Positions 48,952-58,675 of a stretch of DNA of 64,000 nt are shown here, piece after piece. Under the pieces are notes generated by a model that had not been told where the DNA came from, ran no database searches, and was given only the letters and a program-made list of their open reading frames with translations. The stretch is from Gemmatimonadota bacterium (GTDB taxonomy: Bacteria > Gemmatimonadota > Gemmatimonadetes > Palauibacterales > Palauibacteraceae), in NCBI GenBank assembly GCA_039589295.1, contig JBDHHR010000002.1, forward strand, positions 18,442 through 82,441, given 5' to 3'. Position numbers and translations under genes: made by a program. Each line of letters begins with the position of its first letter. Within the stretch, counting starts at the first letter, position 1.

Positions 48952-49721
48952 CCCGAACCTCCGGCAACGTCGGCTGCTCCTGTCTCAGACTGCAGACCGG
49001 CTGCCCGTAGCACCTCTCGCTCGAGAAGCGCCGGGTCCGTCACCGGCCAGTCGTGTCCGCGCCGCACCCGACGCACCACGATCCGCTCCCGTGGGATGCC
49101 TGCCAGGAAGGCGTCATACTCCCTTCGAAAGTACAGCCAGTCGAACCTGGCCAGTAAGACGTGCGCCAGCGGTGCGGACGGCCGGAAGAGGTCGCCGAAG
49201 CAGTGCAACGTCTCGGAGACTGCCGGGAACAGGCAGCGTGGATGCCGCACGGACGTGCGCAGGTAGTCACACATGATGCCCCACGCCCAGCCGGGTCCCC
49301 TGCGGCCTTCCAGGCCCAGGTACTCGAACAGCTGGAGCAGCACCGCTCGGCCCACGTTGGCCGGCCAGCTCACCGTGAGGGGGACCATCGGGGACAACGC
49401 GATGGCGACTCGTGACCCGAGCAGCGCGATCAGTCCGCCGAACGAATGGCCCGCCCACGGCGCGCCAGGCGCGTATCGGTCCGCCAGAGATTCGGCGACG
49501 GCCTGGTAGCCGGCGACACTCTCCGGCAGGGCCGTGTGCGTCCGGAATGACAGGTCGGGCACGAACACGGTGAAGTGCCGGGCCAGCCGGCGCAGTCCGT
49601 CGTGGTAGTATGCGGGATGCGCCCCCAGACCGGGCAGGAAGACGAGCGGCCGCCCGTCGCCTCCCCAGATCTCGACCGGCACGCTCAAACCGTCGAACCT
49701 GCACGCTTCCGACCGGAACAT
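48942..49721 (-). CDS. alpha/beta-fold hydrolase
   Basis: GHSFGG nucleophile elbow, LPGLGAH oxyanion region and an HDWP catalytic His. A start at 49721 (MFRSEA) is likely. Confidence 0.75.
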   Translation of the reverse strand: MFRSEACRFDGLSVPVEIWGGDGRPLVFLPGLGAHPAYYHDGLRRLARHFTVFVPDLSFRTHTALPESVAGYQAVAESLADRYAPGAPWAGHSFGGLIALLGSRVAIALSPMVPLTVSWPANVGRAVLLQLFEYLGLEGRRGPGWAWGIMCDYLRTSVRHPRCLFPAVSETLHCFGDLFRPSAPLAHVLLARFDWLYFRREYDAFLAGIPRERIVVRRVRRGHDWPVTDPALLEREVLRAAGLQSETGAADVAGGSGHS

Positions 49722-49899
49722 GACGGTTATGCTACCTCTCGCTCGCGACCGCTGCAATTACTTGCGCGGTCCCCAAGGTGGCCTGGGGCGGTGGGGCGGC
49801 GTAGCTTGACCGCCCGTAACTGCAGGGAGTTGTCCGGTCGATGATGGAGTTGGGTATGGTGACCCCTGTGGCCTCTACGAAGGTACGCGGACGCGAGGA

Positions 49900-51276
49900 A
49901 TGTCCGAGCTGATACAACTGCGACGGGCCGGCCGGAGCCCGGCCGAAGCGCCGGCGCCGGTAACGCACCGGGTGTTCATCGAGACCTACGGCTGCCAGAT
50001 GAACATCGGCGATTCGGAGCTCATGACGGGGGCGCTGGCACGTCGAGGTTACCTCGCGACGCACGACCCCGCGGACGCGGACCTCATCGTCATCAACACG
50101 TGCGCGATTCGGGAGCACGCGGAGCGACGCGTTCTGGGACGCATCGGGCAGCTGCAGAAGTACCGCAGGCGTAGTCCTCACCTCGTCCTGGCCGTGACCG
50201 GCTGTATGGCGCAGAGGCTCGGGCCGTCTCTGCTCGAAGGCGGACGCGGAGTCGATGTGGTGGCAGGTCCCGATTCGTACCGGAACTTGGGGGACGTAGT
50301 CGACCGGATCCGGACCGGAGTCGTGCCCCGGGGTCAGCAGCTGCTGGAGCTGGACGGGTCGGAGGACTACGAGGGCATCACCGCGATTCGGCGACGGGGC
50401 GTGAGTGCGTGGGTTACGGTCCAGCGGGGCTGCGATCACCGGTGCACCTTCTGCATCGTTCCGCTCGTACGGGGGCCCGAAAAGAACCGCGACCCGGATG
50501 CTATTCTCGCCGAAGTCCGCGACGCGGTGGACCAGGGATTCAGCGAGCTGACGCTTCTGGGCCAGACGGTGAACTCTTATCGGCACGATGGTTGGGATTT
50601 CGCCCGCATGCTGCGTGAGACGGCTCGGGTGCCCGGGGTCAGGCGGGTCCGATTCACATCGCCGCACCCGAACGACGTGACCGCCGAGCTGATTCAGGTC
50701 ATGGCGGAGGAGCCCACCGTCTGCAGACAATTACACCTCCCGGTGCAGTCGGGCTCCGACCGGATCCTCAAGCGAATGGCACGGCGCTACACCTCCCAGC
50801 AGTTCCTCCAGAAGGTTCGGCTCGCTCGCGATGGCGTTCCGGGGATCTCGCTGAGCACGGACATCATCGTCGGGTTTCCGGGAGAGCAAGAGGAGGACTT
50901 TCACCTGACCCTGGCCCTCATGCGCAAGGTCAGGTTCGATGACGCCTATCTGTACCGATACTCCCCGCGGGATGGTACTCCGGCGACCCGCCTCCCACGT
51001 GAAGCTTTCGTGGAAGAGGCGACGTCGGGGCGGAGGCTGGAGCGAGCCATAAGGCTTCACCGTACCATTCAGCGGGAGATAGCGGAAGAAGAAATCGGCG
51101 AGGTCAGGGAAGTTCTCGTCGAGCGGGCCGCCCGCACCGAGGGCGACATGCTGGGAAGGACGGAGGCGGGGAAGATGGTCGCCTTCCCCGGGGAGCCGGA
51201 ATGGGTCGGCACCTACCGTCACGTACACCTTCTCGCCACCACGGGCCCGACGTTTATCGGCGAACTGGTCGCGTGA
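49900..51276 (+). CDS. miaB: radical-SAM methylthiotransferase, MiaB family
   Basis: MTTase N-domain (ETYGCQMN), radical SAM CDHRCTFC, and a C-terminal TRAM domain. Confidence 0.85.
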   Translation: MSELIQLRRAGRSPAEAPAPVTHRVFIETYGCQMNIGDSELMTGALARRGYLATHDPADADLIVINTCAIREHAERRVLGRIGQLQKYRRRSPHLVLAVTGCMAQRLGPSLLEGGRGVDVVAGPDSYRNLGDVVDRIRTGVVPRGQQLLELDGSEDYEGITAIRRRGVSAWVTVQRGCDHRCTFCIVPLVRGPEKNRDPDAILAEVRDAVDQGFSELTLLGQTVNSYRHDGWDFARMLRETARVPGVRRVRFTSPHPNDVTAELIQVMAEEPTVCRQLHLPVQSGSDRILKRMARRYTSQQFLQKVRLARDGVPGISLSTDIIVGFPGEQEEDFHLTLALMRKVRFDDAYLYRYSPRDGTPATRLPREAFVEEATSGRRLERAIRLHRTIQREIAEEEIGEVREVLVERAARTEGDMLGRTEAGKMVAFPGEPEWVGTYRHVHLLATTGPTFIGELVA

Positions 51277-51569
51277 AGGCTTACGGCTCACGCCTGGTGG
51301 TTATCGCGGTCCTCGCAGCGGCAGCGGCCGGCTTCGCGGCTCTCAACGGAGGAGTGCGTGTTACGCTGCGGCTGGGCCTCGTAACGCTCCGACACGTGCC
51401 TCTCCCCGTGGTGGTGTTCGTCGCCATCGTGCTCGGGATGACCATCGTGTTCCTGGCCGGTCTCCGCGCTGATGTCCGTACGCGACACATGCTGCGCCGC
51501 TACCGGGAAGCTCTCGGCGGGGAGGAGTGGGCCGGTGGTCCACGGAACGGCGGGCAGGAGGAAGACTAG
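51273..51569 (+). CDS. small two-TM membrane protein, LapA/DUF1049-like
   Basis: The GTG start overlaps the miaB stop. Two TM helices and an acidic C-terminal tail. Confidence 0.5.
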   Translation: MKAYGSRLVVIAVLAAAAAGFAALNGGVRVTLRLGLVTLRHVPLPVVVFVAIVLGMTIVFLAGLRADVRTRHMLRRYREALGGEEWAGGPRNGGQEED

Positions 51570-51767
51570 CCCTCCGGCGGGCGGCTGGTTCGCGGACCGG
51601 TGCCGCCGGCATGGTGCCGCCGCCGGGCCGCCCCTCGCTGAAGAGTCCTGATCAATCGGTACGCGTCTCCGGCTCTGCTCCTCGCCTGTTGCCTCGCTCC
51701 GGGCACAGCCATAGGCCTCAGTAGCCAGTCAACCTCCCGGACGCCGGCCATTGTCCTGGCGCTCGCG

Positions 51768-54158
51768 GTGCTCGGGGTCGCGGCGGCTTGTCTGGCCCTC
51801 GCGAAGGGGCTCCGGGGTTATGGCGGTACGCAGCCGTGGATTCCGGTGGCATGCGGGATCGCTAGCCTTGCCATCGGGATCGCGCTGGGGTCGGAATCCG
51901 CCCGCCTGGTTCGGTCCGCCTGCCCGACGACGCTCTCCACGGGAGACGTGGTGGAAGCGGTCGGCATTCTGCGTGAGGAGACGGACCCGGGCCCGGGTCC
52001 GGACAGGGTTCGACTGACGCTGCTCGGCGTGGAGCTGGATGCTAACGGCCGGCGCTGCTTGCTTCCGGCCGTGACCGTCTATGCGAGGATGCAGGAACAC
52101 CTGGAAGCCGGCCTGCAGGTGGCCGTACGGGGAGAATGGATCCGCTCCCGGGGCGTTTCGCTGCGCTGGCCGACGGCTCCGCGGCGTCAGGGCTATATTT
52201 CCGGCCGGCTGATTGCAGATGCTCCGCAGCAAGGGCAGGCCGGCGGAAAGGTCCGGAGCCGAAGCGGCCGCGGGCCGGGAATCCTCTTCCGTCTGCGTTC
52301 CACCGCTTCGGGACGACTTCGGGAGCGTCTACCGCCCGACGTCCTGCCGCTCGGTCTCGCGCTTACGCTGGCAGAGCGGGACGGCCTCTCTCCGGCGCTC
52401 AGGCGGCGTTTCGCCGAGGCCGGCCTGGCACACCTGCTCGCGATTTCGGGTCTGCACGTGGGCCTCATCGCGGCCGCGATGGCCTGGTTCGCGGCGCTGC
52501 TGCTCCCCGCCAGGCGGGCATATCCTGCCGCTGCGGTTCTGGTCGTTCTGTACGTTGCCGCAATCGGAGCGCCGGCTTCGGCGGTTCGGGCCGCGCTCGT
52601 GTTCGCGGGCTATGCCTGGGCTCGGACGCGAGGCCGTCCCCTCCGGATCGCCGACCTGCTGGGCGTGGCGGCGGCGGCGGCACTGATTGCCGACCCGCTC
52701 ACTCTCCTTGACCCCGGCTTTCAGCTCTCCTTCGCCGGCTTCGCAGGTCTGCTGGCCGGGGCGGCGGTGGCGCGCAAGGCGCTGCGATCTCGGGGTGGGA
52801 AGTCAGTCAGCGGTCCTTCCGGCCGTCGTCGCGCCGTCAGGCTGGGGATAGGACTGGCGGTAGGGCTGGCCGCCGGAAGCGGTGCGTTTGCGGCGACGGC
52901 GCCGATCGTGGCGGCGCACTTTCAGCAGACCGCTCCCGTGGCCGTCGTCTCTCATGTGGTAGGAACCCCGCTGGTTGCCCTGGCCCTGGCCAGCCTGGGC
53001 GGGACCATGCTGCTACCCGCCGGTCCCGGCGCCCTGGCCGCGGCGGCGGCGACGGTTCTCCTCAGGCTCCTGTACGCTACCGTCACCGTCTTCGCGCGAC
53101 TGCCTTTCGGCCACGGACAGGTAACGCCCCCGGGGCCGGTGGGGTGGATGGCCGCGCTGCTCCTGGCGGTCGCCGCGTGGCGGTACCTCGGAGTGAGCGG
53201 CCGGCGAGGGGCGCTGGTTCCACTGGGAGCGGCCGCTGCCCTTCTCCTGGCGGGCCCAGCGCTTTCGGCCCACGCCGGTAGGGGAGATACGCTGCTGTGT
53301 ACTCTGGATGTGGGACAGGGGGATGCGGCGGTGCTGCGCACGACGGGGGGCCGATGGCTGGTCTTCGACGGCGGTCCCCGCTTCGGGAGAAGGGACGCGG
53401 GGCGCGACGTCATCGTCCCGCGCCTGCTCCGCGGCGGTGCGCGTGAAGTCGAGCTGTTCGTTCTCTCCCATCCCGACCTGGACCACATCGGCGGTTCCGA
53501 GGCGCTGTTCTCCCGGTACCGCGTCCGCCGTGTGCTGGACAGCGGCGACCCGATCCCGAGGCCCGTCTACCAGCGATTCCTGGCCACCGTGGAGGAAGAG
53601 GGAACCGAGTGGCTGCGCGGCCGCGCCGGCGATCGACTCCGGGTCGACAACGTGGAGCTGACCGTGCTGGGGCCTCCACGTGCGAACGCGCGCCCGCCGC
53701 CTGGCTCCGAAGGCACCATCCGGGCGAACGAGACCAGTCTGAGCTTCCGGGTGACCGTCAGCGGCGGGTTCCGTTACATCAACACCGGAGACGCGACCGA
53801 GCGGGAGGAGCGCGGCCTGCTGGCGGCGTGGCCGCGGGATTCGCTGGTGGCCGACCTGCTCAAGGTGGGACACCACGGGAGCCGCACATCGTCGCACCTG
53901 GCCTGGCTCCGCACGGTACGTCCGGCGTTGGCGGTGATCTCCGCCGGGGCCGGCAATGCCTACGGGCATCCCCACCCGTCGATCCTGGCGCGCCTGGACT
54001 CGGCGGCGGCGGGCCGGGTGTGGCGCACGGATCGGCGGGGAACGTTGTGCGTGGAGGTCGACGGGGTCGGACGCTGGCGCGTGGCCGGGGATCCCGAGTG
54101 GAGACTTCCGCGCGTCCCTGCGACGCGCGACTTGACGGCGAAAATGACAGGCGAATAA
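51768..54158 (+). CDS. comEC: DNA internalization competence protein ComEC/Rec2 (with C-terminal MBL domain)
   Basis: Polytopic ComEC channel domain plus metallo-beta-lactamase HPDLDH and H..H motifs. The start may lie upstream. Confidence 0.85.
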   Translation: MLGVAAACLALAKGLRGYGGTQPWIPVACGIASLAIGIALGSESARLVRSACPTTLSTGDVVEAVGILREETDPGPGPDRVRLTLLGVELDANGRRCLLPAVTVYARMQEHLEAGLQVAVRGEWIRSRGVSLRWPTAPRRQGYISGRLIADAPQQGQAGGKVRSRSGRGPGILFRLRSTASGRLRERLPPDVLPLGLALTLAERDGLSPALRRRFAEAGLAHLLAISGLHVGLIAAAMAWFAALLLPARRAYPAAAVLVVLYVAAIGAPASAVRAALVFAGYAWARTRGRPLRIADLLGVAAAAALIADPLTLLDPGFQLSFAGFAGLLAGAAVARKALRSRGGKSVSGPSGRRRAVRLGIGLAVGLAAGSGAFAATAPIVAAHFQQTAPVAVVSHVVGTPLVALALASLGGTMLLPAGPGALAAAAATVLLRLLYATVTVFARLPFGHGQVTPPGPVGWMAALLLAVAAWRYLGVSGRRGALVPLGAAAALLLAGPALSAHAGRGDTLLCTLDVGQGDAAVLRTTGGRWLVFDGGPRFGRRDAGRDVIVPRLLRGGAREVELFVLSHPDLDHIGGSEALFSRYRVRRVLDSGDPIPRPVYQRFLATVEEEGTEWLRGRAGDRLRVDNVELTVLGPPRANARPPPGSEGTIRANETSLSFRVTVSGGFRYINTGDATEREERGLLAAWPRDSLVADLLKVGHHGSRTSSHLAWLRTVRPALAVISAGAGNAYGHPHPSILARLDSAAAGRVWRTDRRGTLCVEVDGVGRWRVAGDPEWRLPRVPATRDLTAKMTGE

Positions 54159-54254
54159 GGTTCGGCAATCGGAGCACCCGGCAGTGGGACGCAAGCCGTG
54201 GCCTTCTACGCGCCGCGCCGTGAGCGTGACCGGGCTCACCCGAGGGAGGAAGGC

Positions 54255-55268
54255 ATGGACAGATACGTCGTCACCCTGGGCCGCTTCATCATGGAGCAGG
54301 AGCGCCGGCACCCGGGCGCGACCGGCGCGCTGACCAGCATCCTGTACGACCTCACACAGGCCGCCAAGCTGATTCACCGGGAGGTGAGCAAGGCGGGCCT
54401 GGTGGACATCCTTGGCATGACTGGCAAGGAGAACGTTCACGGGGAGGAGGTGAAGAAGCTGGATGAATACGCACACGACGTCGTGTACAACGCCATGGAT
54501 CACGGCGGGCAGCTTTGCGTGATGGCCTCGGAGGAGGCGGAAGAGCTCATCCGGATTCCCGACAGGTTCCCGGCCGGCGATTACGTGCTCCTGTTCGATC
54601 CCCTGGACGGCAGCTCGAACATCGACGCGAACATCTCGATCGGCACGATCTTTTCCGTCCACCGCCGGGTCACCGAGGGGCGGGACGGATCGCTGAACGA
54701 CTGCCTGCAGCGCGGTTCGAGCCAGGTCGCCGCGGGTTACGTCATGTACGGTTCCTCGACCGTCCTCGTTTACACCACCGGGCAGGGGGTGCACGGCTTC
54801 ACCCTCGACCCTTCCATCGGCGAGTTCCTCCTGTCGCATCCGGAGATCAGAATCCCGGAGCCCGGCAAGAAGATCTACAGCGTCAACGCCGGCAACTTTC
54901 CCCGCTGGAACAGGGCCCAGCAGGACCTCGTTACCTACTTCCAGGGTGGTCGCGAGGAAGGGGCCGGCTTCTCGCATCGATACGTGGGATCGCTGGTGGC
55001 GGACTTCCACCGTACCCTGCTGTACGGCGGGATCTTCATGTACCCGGCGGATGTGAAGAACCCCAGCGGCAAACTGCGACTGCTGTACGAGGCGGCGCCA
55101 CTGGCCCTCATCTGCGAGCACGCAGGCGGACGGGCGACGGATGGGGTGCGGGATATCCTGTCCATCGAACCGGACGCGCTGCACCAGCGGACGCCTCTGT
55201 ACATGGGGAGCGCGGAGTACGTGGACCTGGCGGCCGAGTACCTGGCGCAGGAGACGGCTGCGGGCTGA
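54255..55268 (+). CDS. fbp: fructose-1,6-bisphosphatase class 1
   Basis: FBPase-I metal and AMP-site motifs (DPLDGSSNID, GTIFS). ATG with a GAGGGAGGAAGG RBS. Confidence 0.9.
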   Translation: MDRYVVTLGRFIMEQERRHPGATGALTSILYDLTQAAKLIHREVSKAGLVDILGMTGKENVHGEEVKKLDEYAHDVVYNAMDHGGQLCVMASEEAEELIRIPDRFPAGDYVLLFDPLDGSSNIDANISIGTIFSVHRRVTEGRDGSLNDCLQRGSSQVAAGYVMYGSSTVLVYTTGQGVHGFTLDPSIGEFLLSHPEIRIPEPGKKIYSVNAGNFPRWNRAQQDLVTYFQGGREEGAGFSHRYVGSLVADFHRTLLYGGIFMYPADVKNPSGKLRLLYEAAPLALICEHAGGRATDGVRDILSIEPDALHQRTPLYMGSAEYVDLAAEYLAQETAAG

Positions 55269-55368
55269 GACGGCCGGTTGGCGCCGGGATGGCCTGCCGC
55301 AGGCCGACTCTAGCGATTCCCGCAGGTCTCTACCGCTGCCCGCAACTCAGCGGATGAAAGAGGGGGCT

Positions 55369-55399
55369 TCCCGATCGGAAGCCCCCTCTCTGTACCTGC
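55369..55399. terminator. bidirectional intrinsic terminator hairpin between fbp (+) and the TBDR gene (-)
   Basis: A 13-bp perfect stem (AGAGGGGGCTTCC cgatc GGAAGCCCCCTCT). A U-rich run follows on the minus-strand transcript (UUUCAU), and a weaker one on the plus strand. Confidence 0.75.
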
Positions 55400-55456
55400 C
55401 GTTGTTGCCGCGTACTTCCCGAAGGAAGCGCTGGCGCTGGCGCTGGCAGTCTCAGG

Positions 55457-58400
55457 TTAGAAGATGTACTTCACGCCGAGTTGAAGGTTGCCCTGGTCGG
55501 TCCGGAAGGCCCTCAGATCGACCTCCTCGCCGAAGCTCGGATTCACCGAATAGATGTGCTGCAGGGTGACCGGATCGAAGCCCTCCAGCTCCAGAAGTTC
55601 GCGCTCGTCTCCGAACTGCGGCACGCCTACGTTCCGGCTCCACTCGCTGTTGACCAGGTTCAACACGTTGAACAGGTCGGCGATGATCTCGAACCGGTGC
55701 TGCCCGGCCACGTTGAATCCCTTCCGGATTCGGAGATCGAACGCGGTGAAGAAATCGTTGCGGCAGCTGTTCCTTCTGGCGATCGTGCCTTCCTGCTTCC
55801 GCAGGCATTCGAAGTTGGACAGGTGCTCTTCCAGCAGCGGGATGTCCGTCGCTGGATCGTCGAAGTTGAGGTTCGTCCCGATGAACGCCCGATCGTTGTC
55901 GGTACGGTCGCCATTAACGTTTCCGTCGATGACCGGAGTCCACGGCCGGCCGGAGAACGTCCGCCAGATACCGCTGACAGAGAAGTCCCACGGAAGGTTG
56001 ACCATGCCCGACACCACGAAGGTGTGCTCGCGGTTGAAATCTGACGGACCCCAGGTGCCGTTCTCCTCGTCGCCGCTCTCCCCGAGGAAGTTCCCGGTGA
56101 TCGTAGGCGTCTCGAAGACGAAGGTCGAAGAGATGCAGCACGAGTACGACGAGTTGTCCTTGCTGTTGGTGTACGTGTAGCCCGCCTGCCAGCTGAACGT
56201 CTCGCCTCGCTGCGAGAGTCCGACCGAGAACTGGTACGTCCTCGACTCGGCCGTGCTCACGTGCAGCAGGGCGTCGCCGAAGTCGCTCGTGATGCGATTG
56301 TCACCAAAGCCCGGCTCGCCGTCGTCTGGGTCTATCTCATCGACCGGCGCGTGCACCGGCCGGCCCTCGATGCCGTTGGTGAACTGCACCGGCAGCAGAT
56401 TCCTGTCCTCGATGGCGAAGTTCTGATCGGTGCTCGAGTACAGGGCGTCGAAGTCGATCTTCAATCCGCGCTTCAGCTCCTGCTCGTACCCGAGGCTGAA
56501 CTTCCAGGTGCGCGGGTACTCGAAGTCATCCGCGAAGCTGTTGATGTTGGCCGTAGGCTCGCTGGCCTCCCCGCCGCCCACGCACGCCGTCGGGATGCTG
56601 TTCAGGTCCTGAGCAAAGGCCTGGTAGTCTGGGGCCGGCGCATCATCCCCGCGGCAGAACAGGTTCAACGAGTTGCCGCCCGTGTTGAGCAGCGAGTTCG
56701 AGTACAGAACGGATGGGAAGCGGCCGTAGAACAGGCCGACGCCTCCGCGAATGACGCTGCTACCCGTTCCCGTCGGGTCATAAGTGAAGCTCAGACGAGG
56801 GGAGATGTTGTTGTCGTCCGGCGTGACGTCGGTTCGGAGCCCCAGAACTCCGTTCGCAAGCTCCTGGTTGAGCGGAGCCTCATCAGGCAGCCTCGTGATG
56901 TCGAACCTGACGCCGGCGGTCAGGCTGAACTTGTCGGTCGCATGCCACGTATCCTGGGCATACAGGCCGATCTCGTACGTCTTGTACAGGGCCAGCGGCA
57001 GGACGTCGTCGTCAGTGAAGAACTGCCCGTCCGGACCCGGATTCGGCAGGTTGCGGCCGAAGTCGTCCACGATGCCGTTCTCGAAGTCGTCCAGGCTGTC
57101 GAAGTCGAACTGGCCCTGCTGGTTGAAGAAGAAGAAGTTCTCGAAGTCGAAGTAGTTGAAGATCCCGCCGAGCTTGATAGCGTGGTCGCCCGCCAGGATG
57201 TGCAGGTTGTTGGTGAACTCGAAGGTCGTCTCCTCGAGGTTGTTGGGGAGCACCGCGTCGTTGCAGCACTCCATTCCCCGCAGTGACTGCTGCGAGCCAT
57301 CGGGGAAGTCGCTGGTCACGTTGACCTCGGATTCCGGAAGCAAGGTGTTCGCCTCGCGCGGCCTCGGCTCGAAGGCCAGCTGGGCCCTTGCCTCGTTCCA
57401 CACCGTGGGGGAGAAGACGGAGGTGAGCTGCGCCACGGTCGAGTTCCCCGTGTTGTTGAACACCCCTCCGTTGAGGAAGGTCTCATCCGGGTTGACCCGG
57501 TCGCCTTCCTGCACCAGGTCGGTGTAGTTGTGCCGCAGGGTAAGCCGGTGCTTGTCCGACAGCTGCCAGTCGATCCGCGCGAAGACCGTCCATTCGTCCT
57601 GCGTCTGTGTAACTTCGCCGGCCTGGTCCGTCACTCCATACACGCGCTCCAGGATGTCGAGGAAGCGCGCCACGCTGTCCGGATGGACCCTCCTGCTCGG
57701 GTCGGGCTCCTCACCCGGCGCGGGCAGTCCGAAGATCGGCTCGTTTCGATCCTGCCGCTCGACCGCCACGTAGAAGTGCAGCTTGTCCTTGATCAGCGGG
57801 CCCGAGAAAGTCCCGCCGAGCTGCCTGGAACTGAAGTCGGCTTCCCGATCGAAGAAGTCGTTCTTGGTGATCGCATCGTCGCGGAAGTACCCGAACAGCG
57901 ACCCGTGGTACTCGTTGGTCCCGGACTTTGTCACCGCGTTGATCACCCCGCCGCTGAAGAAGCCGAACTCGACGTCGAAGCCGTTGGTGACGATCTCGAA
58001 CTCCTGCACGCTCTCGATCGAGAAGGCGAACGGAATACGGTCCGAACCGCGCGCCTCACCACCGAAGAACGTACCGGTCGAGCCGGCTCCGTCGATCTGG
58101 ATCAGGTTGGCCCCGCGGCGGCCCCCGCCGAGCGACAGCGCTCCGCCGGTACCGTCCCCGATGTCCACGCCGACCTTCGGCGACAGCGCCACCAGATCGG
58201 CGAAGTTCCGACCGGCTACCGGGATCGCCTGCACCTGTTCCGCCGTGACGAGATCCACCACGCCCGTCTCGTCGGGGTCTATCAGCGGCTGTGCCGCGGT
58301 GACCGTGAGCGCCTCCAGCTGCGCGGCCGCGACATCCATAGCGAAGTTGACCACGAACGTCCGACCGAGCTGGACCCGCACATCCTCCCTGACCAGCGCC

Positions 58401-58675
58401 TGGAAGCCTATGCGTCTGGCCTCGACCTGGTACGGGCCGACCGGCAGGGAAGGCAGGACATAGCGCCCGGTCTCGTTGGCGGTGGTCCTGAAGGCGACGC
58501 CCGTCGCGACGTTGGTCACGATGATCTCTGCCGATGACACCGCCTCACCCGTCGTGGCGGTCACCGTGCCGCGTATCGAGCCGCTGGTCACCTGCGCCTC
58601 GGCAGTAGCGACCGTGGCGAGGCCGAAGACGGCCAGCAGCGTCGCGGCCCGAACAAACGGTAGCTTCTTGTTCAT
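55457..58675 (-). CDS. TonB-dependent outer-membrane receptor with an N-terminal carboxypeptidase-regulatory-like domain (SusC-like, paralog A)
   Basis: Signal peptide (MNKKLPFVRAATLLAVFGLATVATAEA), a CarbopepD_reg-like beta-sandwich (GETGRYVLPSLPVGPY), a plug (NLIQIDGAG) and a 22-strand barrel ending in ...LQLGVKYIF. Confidence 0.9.
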   Translation of the reverse strand: MNKKLPFVRAATLLAVFGLATVATAEAQVTSGSIRGTVTATTGEAVSSAEIIVTNVATGVAFRTTANETGRYVLPSLPVGPYQVEARRIGFQALVREDVRVQLGRTFVVNFAMDVAAAQLEALTVTAAQPLIDPDETGVVDLVTAEQVQAIPVAGRNFADLVALSPKVGVDIGDGTGGALSLGGGRRGANLIQIDGAGSTGTFFGGEARGSDRIPFAFSIESVQEFEIVTNGFDVEFGFFSGGVINAVTKSGTNEYHGSLFGYFRDDAITKNDFFDREADFSSRQLGGTFSGPLIKDKLHFYVAVERQDRNEPIFGLPAPGEEPDPSRRVHPDSVARFLDILERVYGVTDQAGEVTQTQDEWTVFARIDWQLSDKHRLTLRHNYTDLVQEGDRVNPDETFLNGGVFNNTGNSTVAQLTSVFSPTVWNEARAQLAFEPRPREANTLLPESEVNVTSDFPDGSQQSLRGMECCNDAVLPNNLEETTFEFTNNLHILAGDHAIKLGGIFNYFDFENFFFFNQQGQFDFDSLDDFENGIVDDFGRNLPNPGPDGQFFTDDDVLPLALYKTYEIGLYAQDTWHATDKFSLTAGVRFDITRLPDEAPLNQELANGVLGLRTDVTPDDNNISPRLSFTYDPTGTGSSVIRGGVGLFYGRFPSVLYSNSLLNTGGNSLNLFCRGDDAPAPDYQAFAQDLNSIPTACVGGGEASEPTANINSFADDFEYPRTWKFSLGYEQELKRGLKIDFDALYSSTDQNFAIEDRNLLPVQFTNGIEGRPVHAPVDEIDPDDGEPGFGDNRITSDFGDALLHVSTAESRTYQFSVGLSQRGETFSWQAGYTYTNSKDNSSYSCCISSTFVFETPTITGNFLGESGDEENGTWGPSDFNREHTFVVSGMVNLPWDFSVSGIWRTFSGRPWTPVIDGNVNGDRTDNDRAFIGTNLNFDDPATDIPLLEEHLSNFECLRKQEGTIARRNSCRNDFFTAFDLRIRKGFNVAGQHRFEIIADLFNVLNLVNSEWSRNVGVPQFGDERELLELEGFDPVTLQHIYSVNPSFGEEVDLRAFRTDQGNLQLGVKYIF

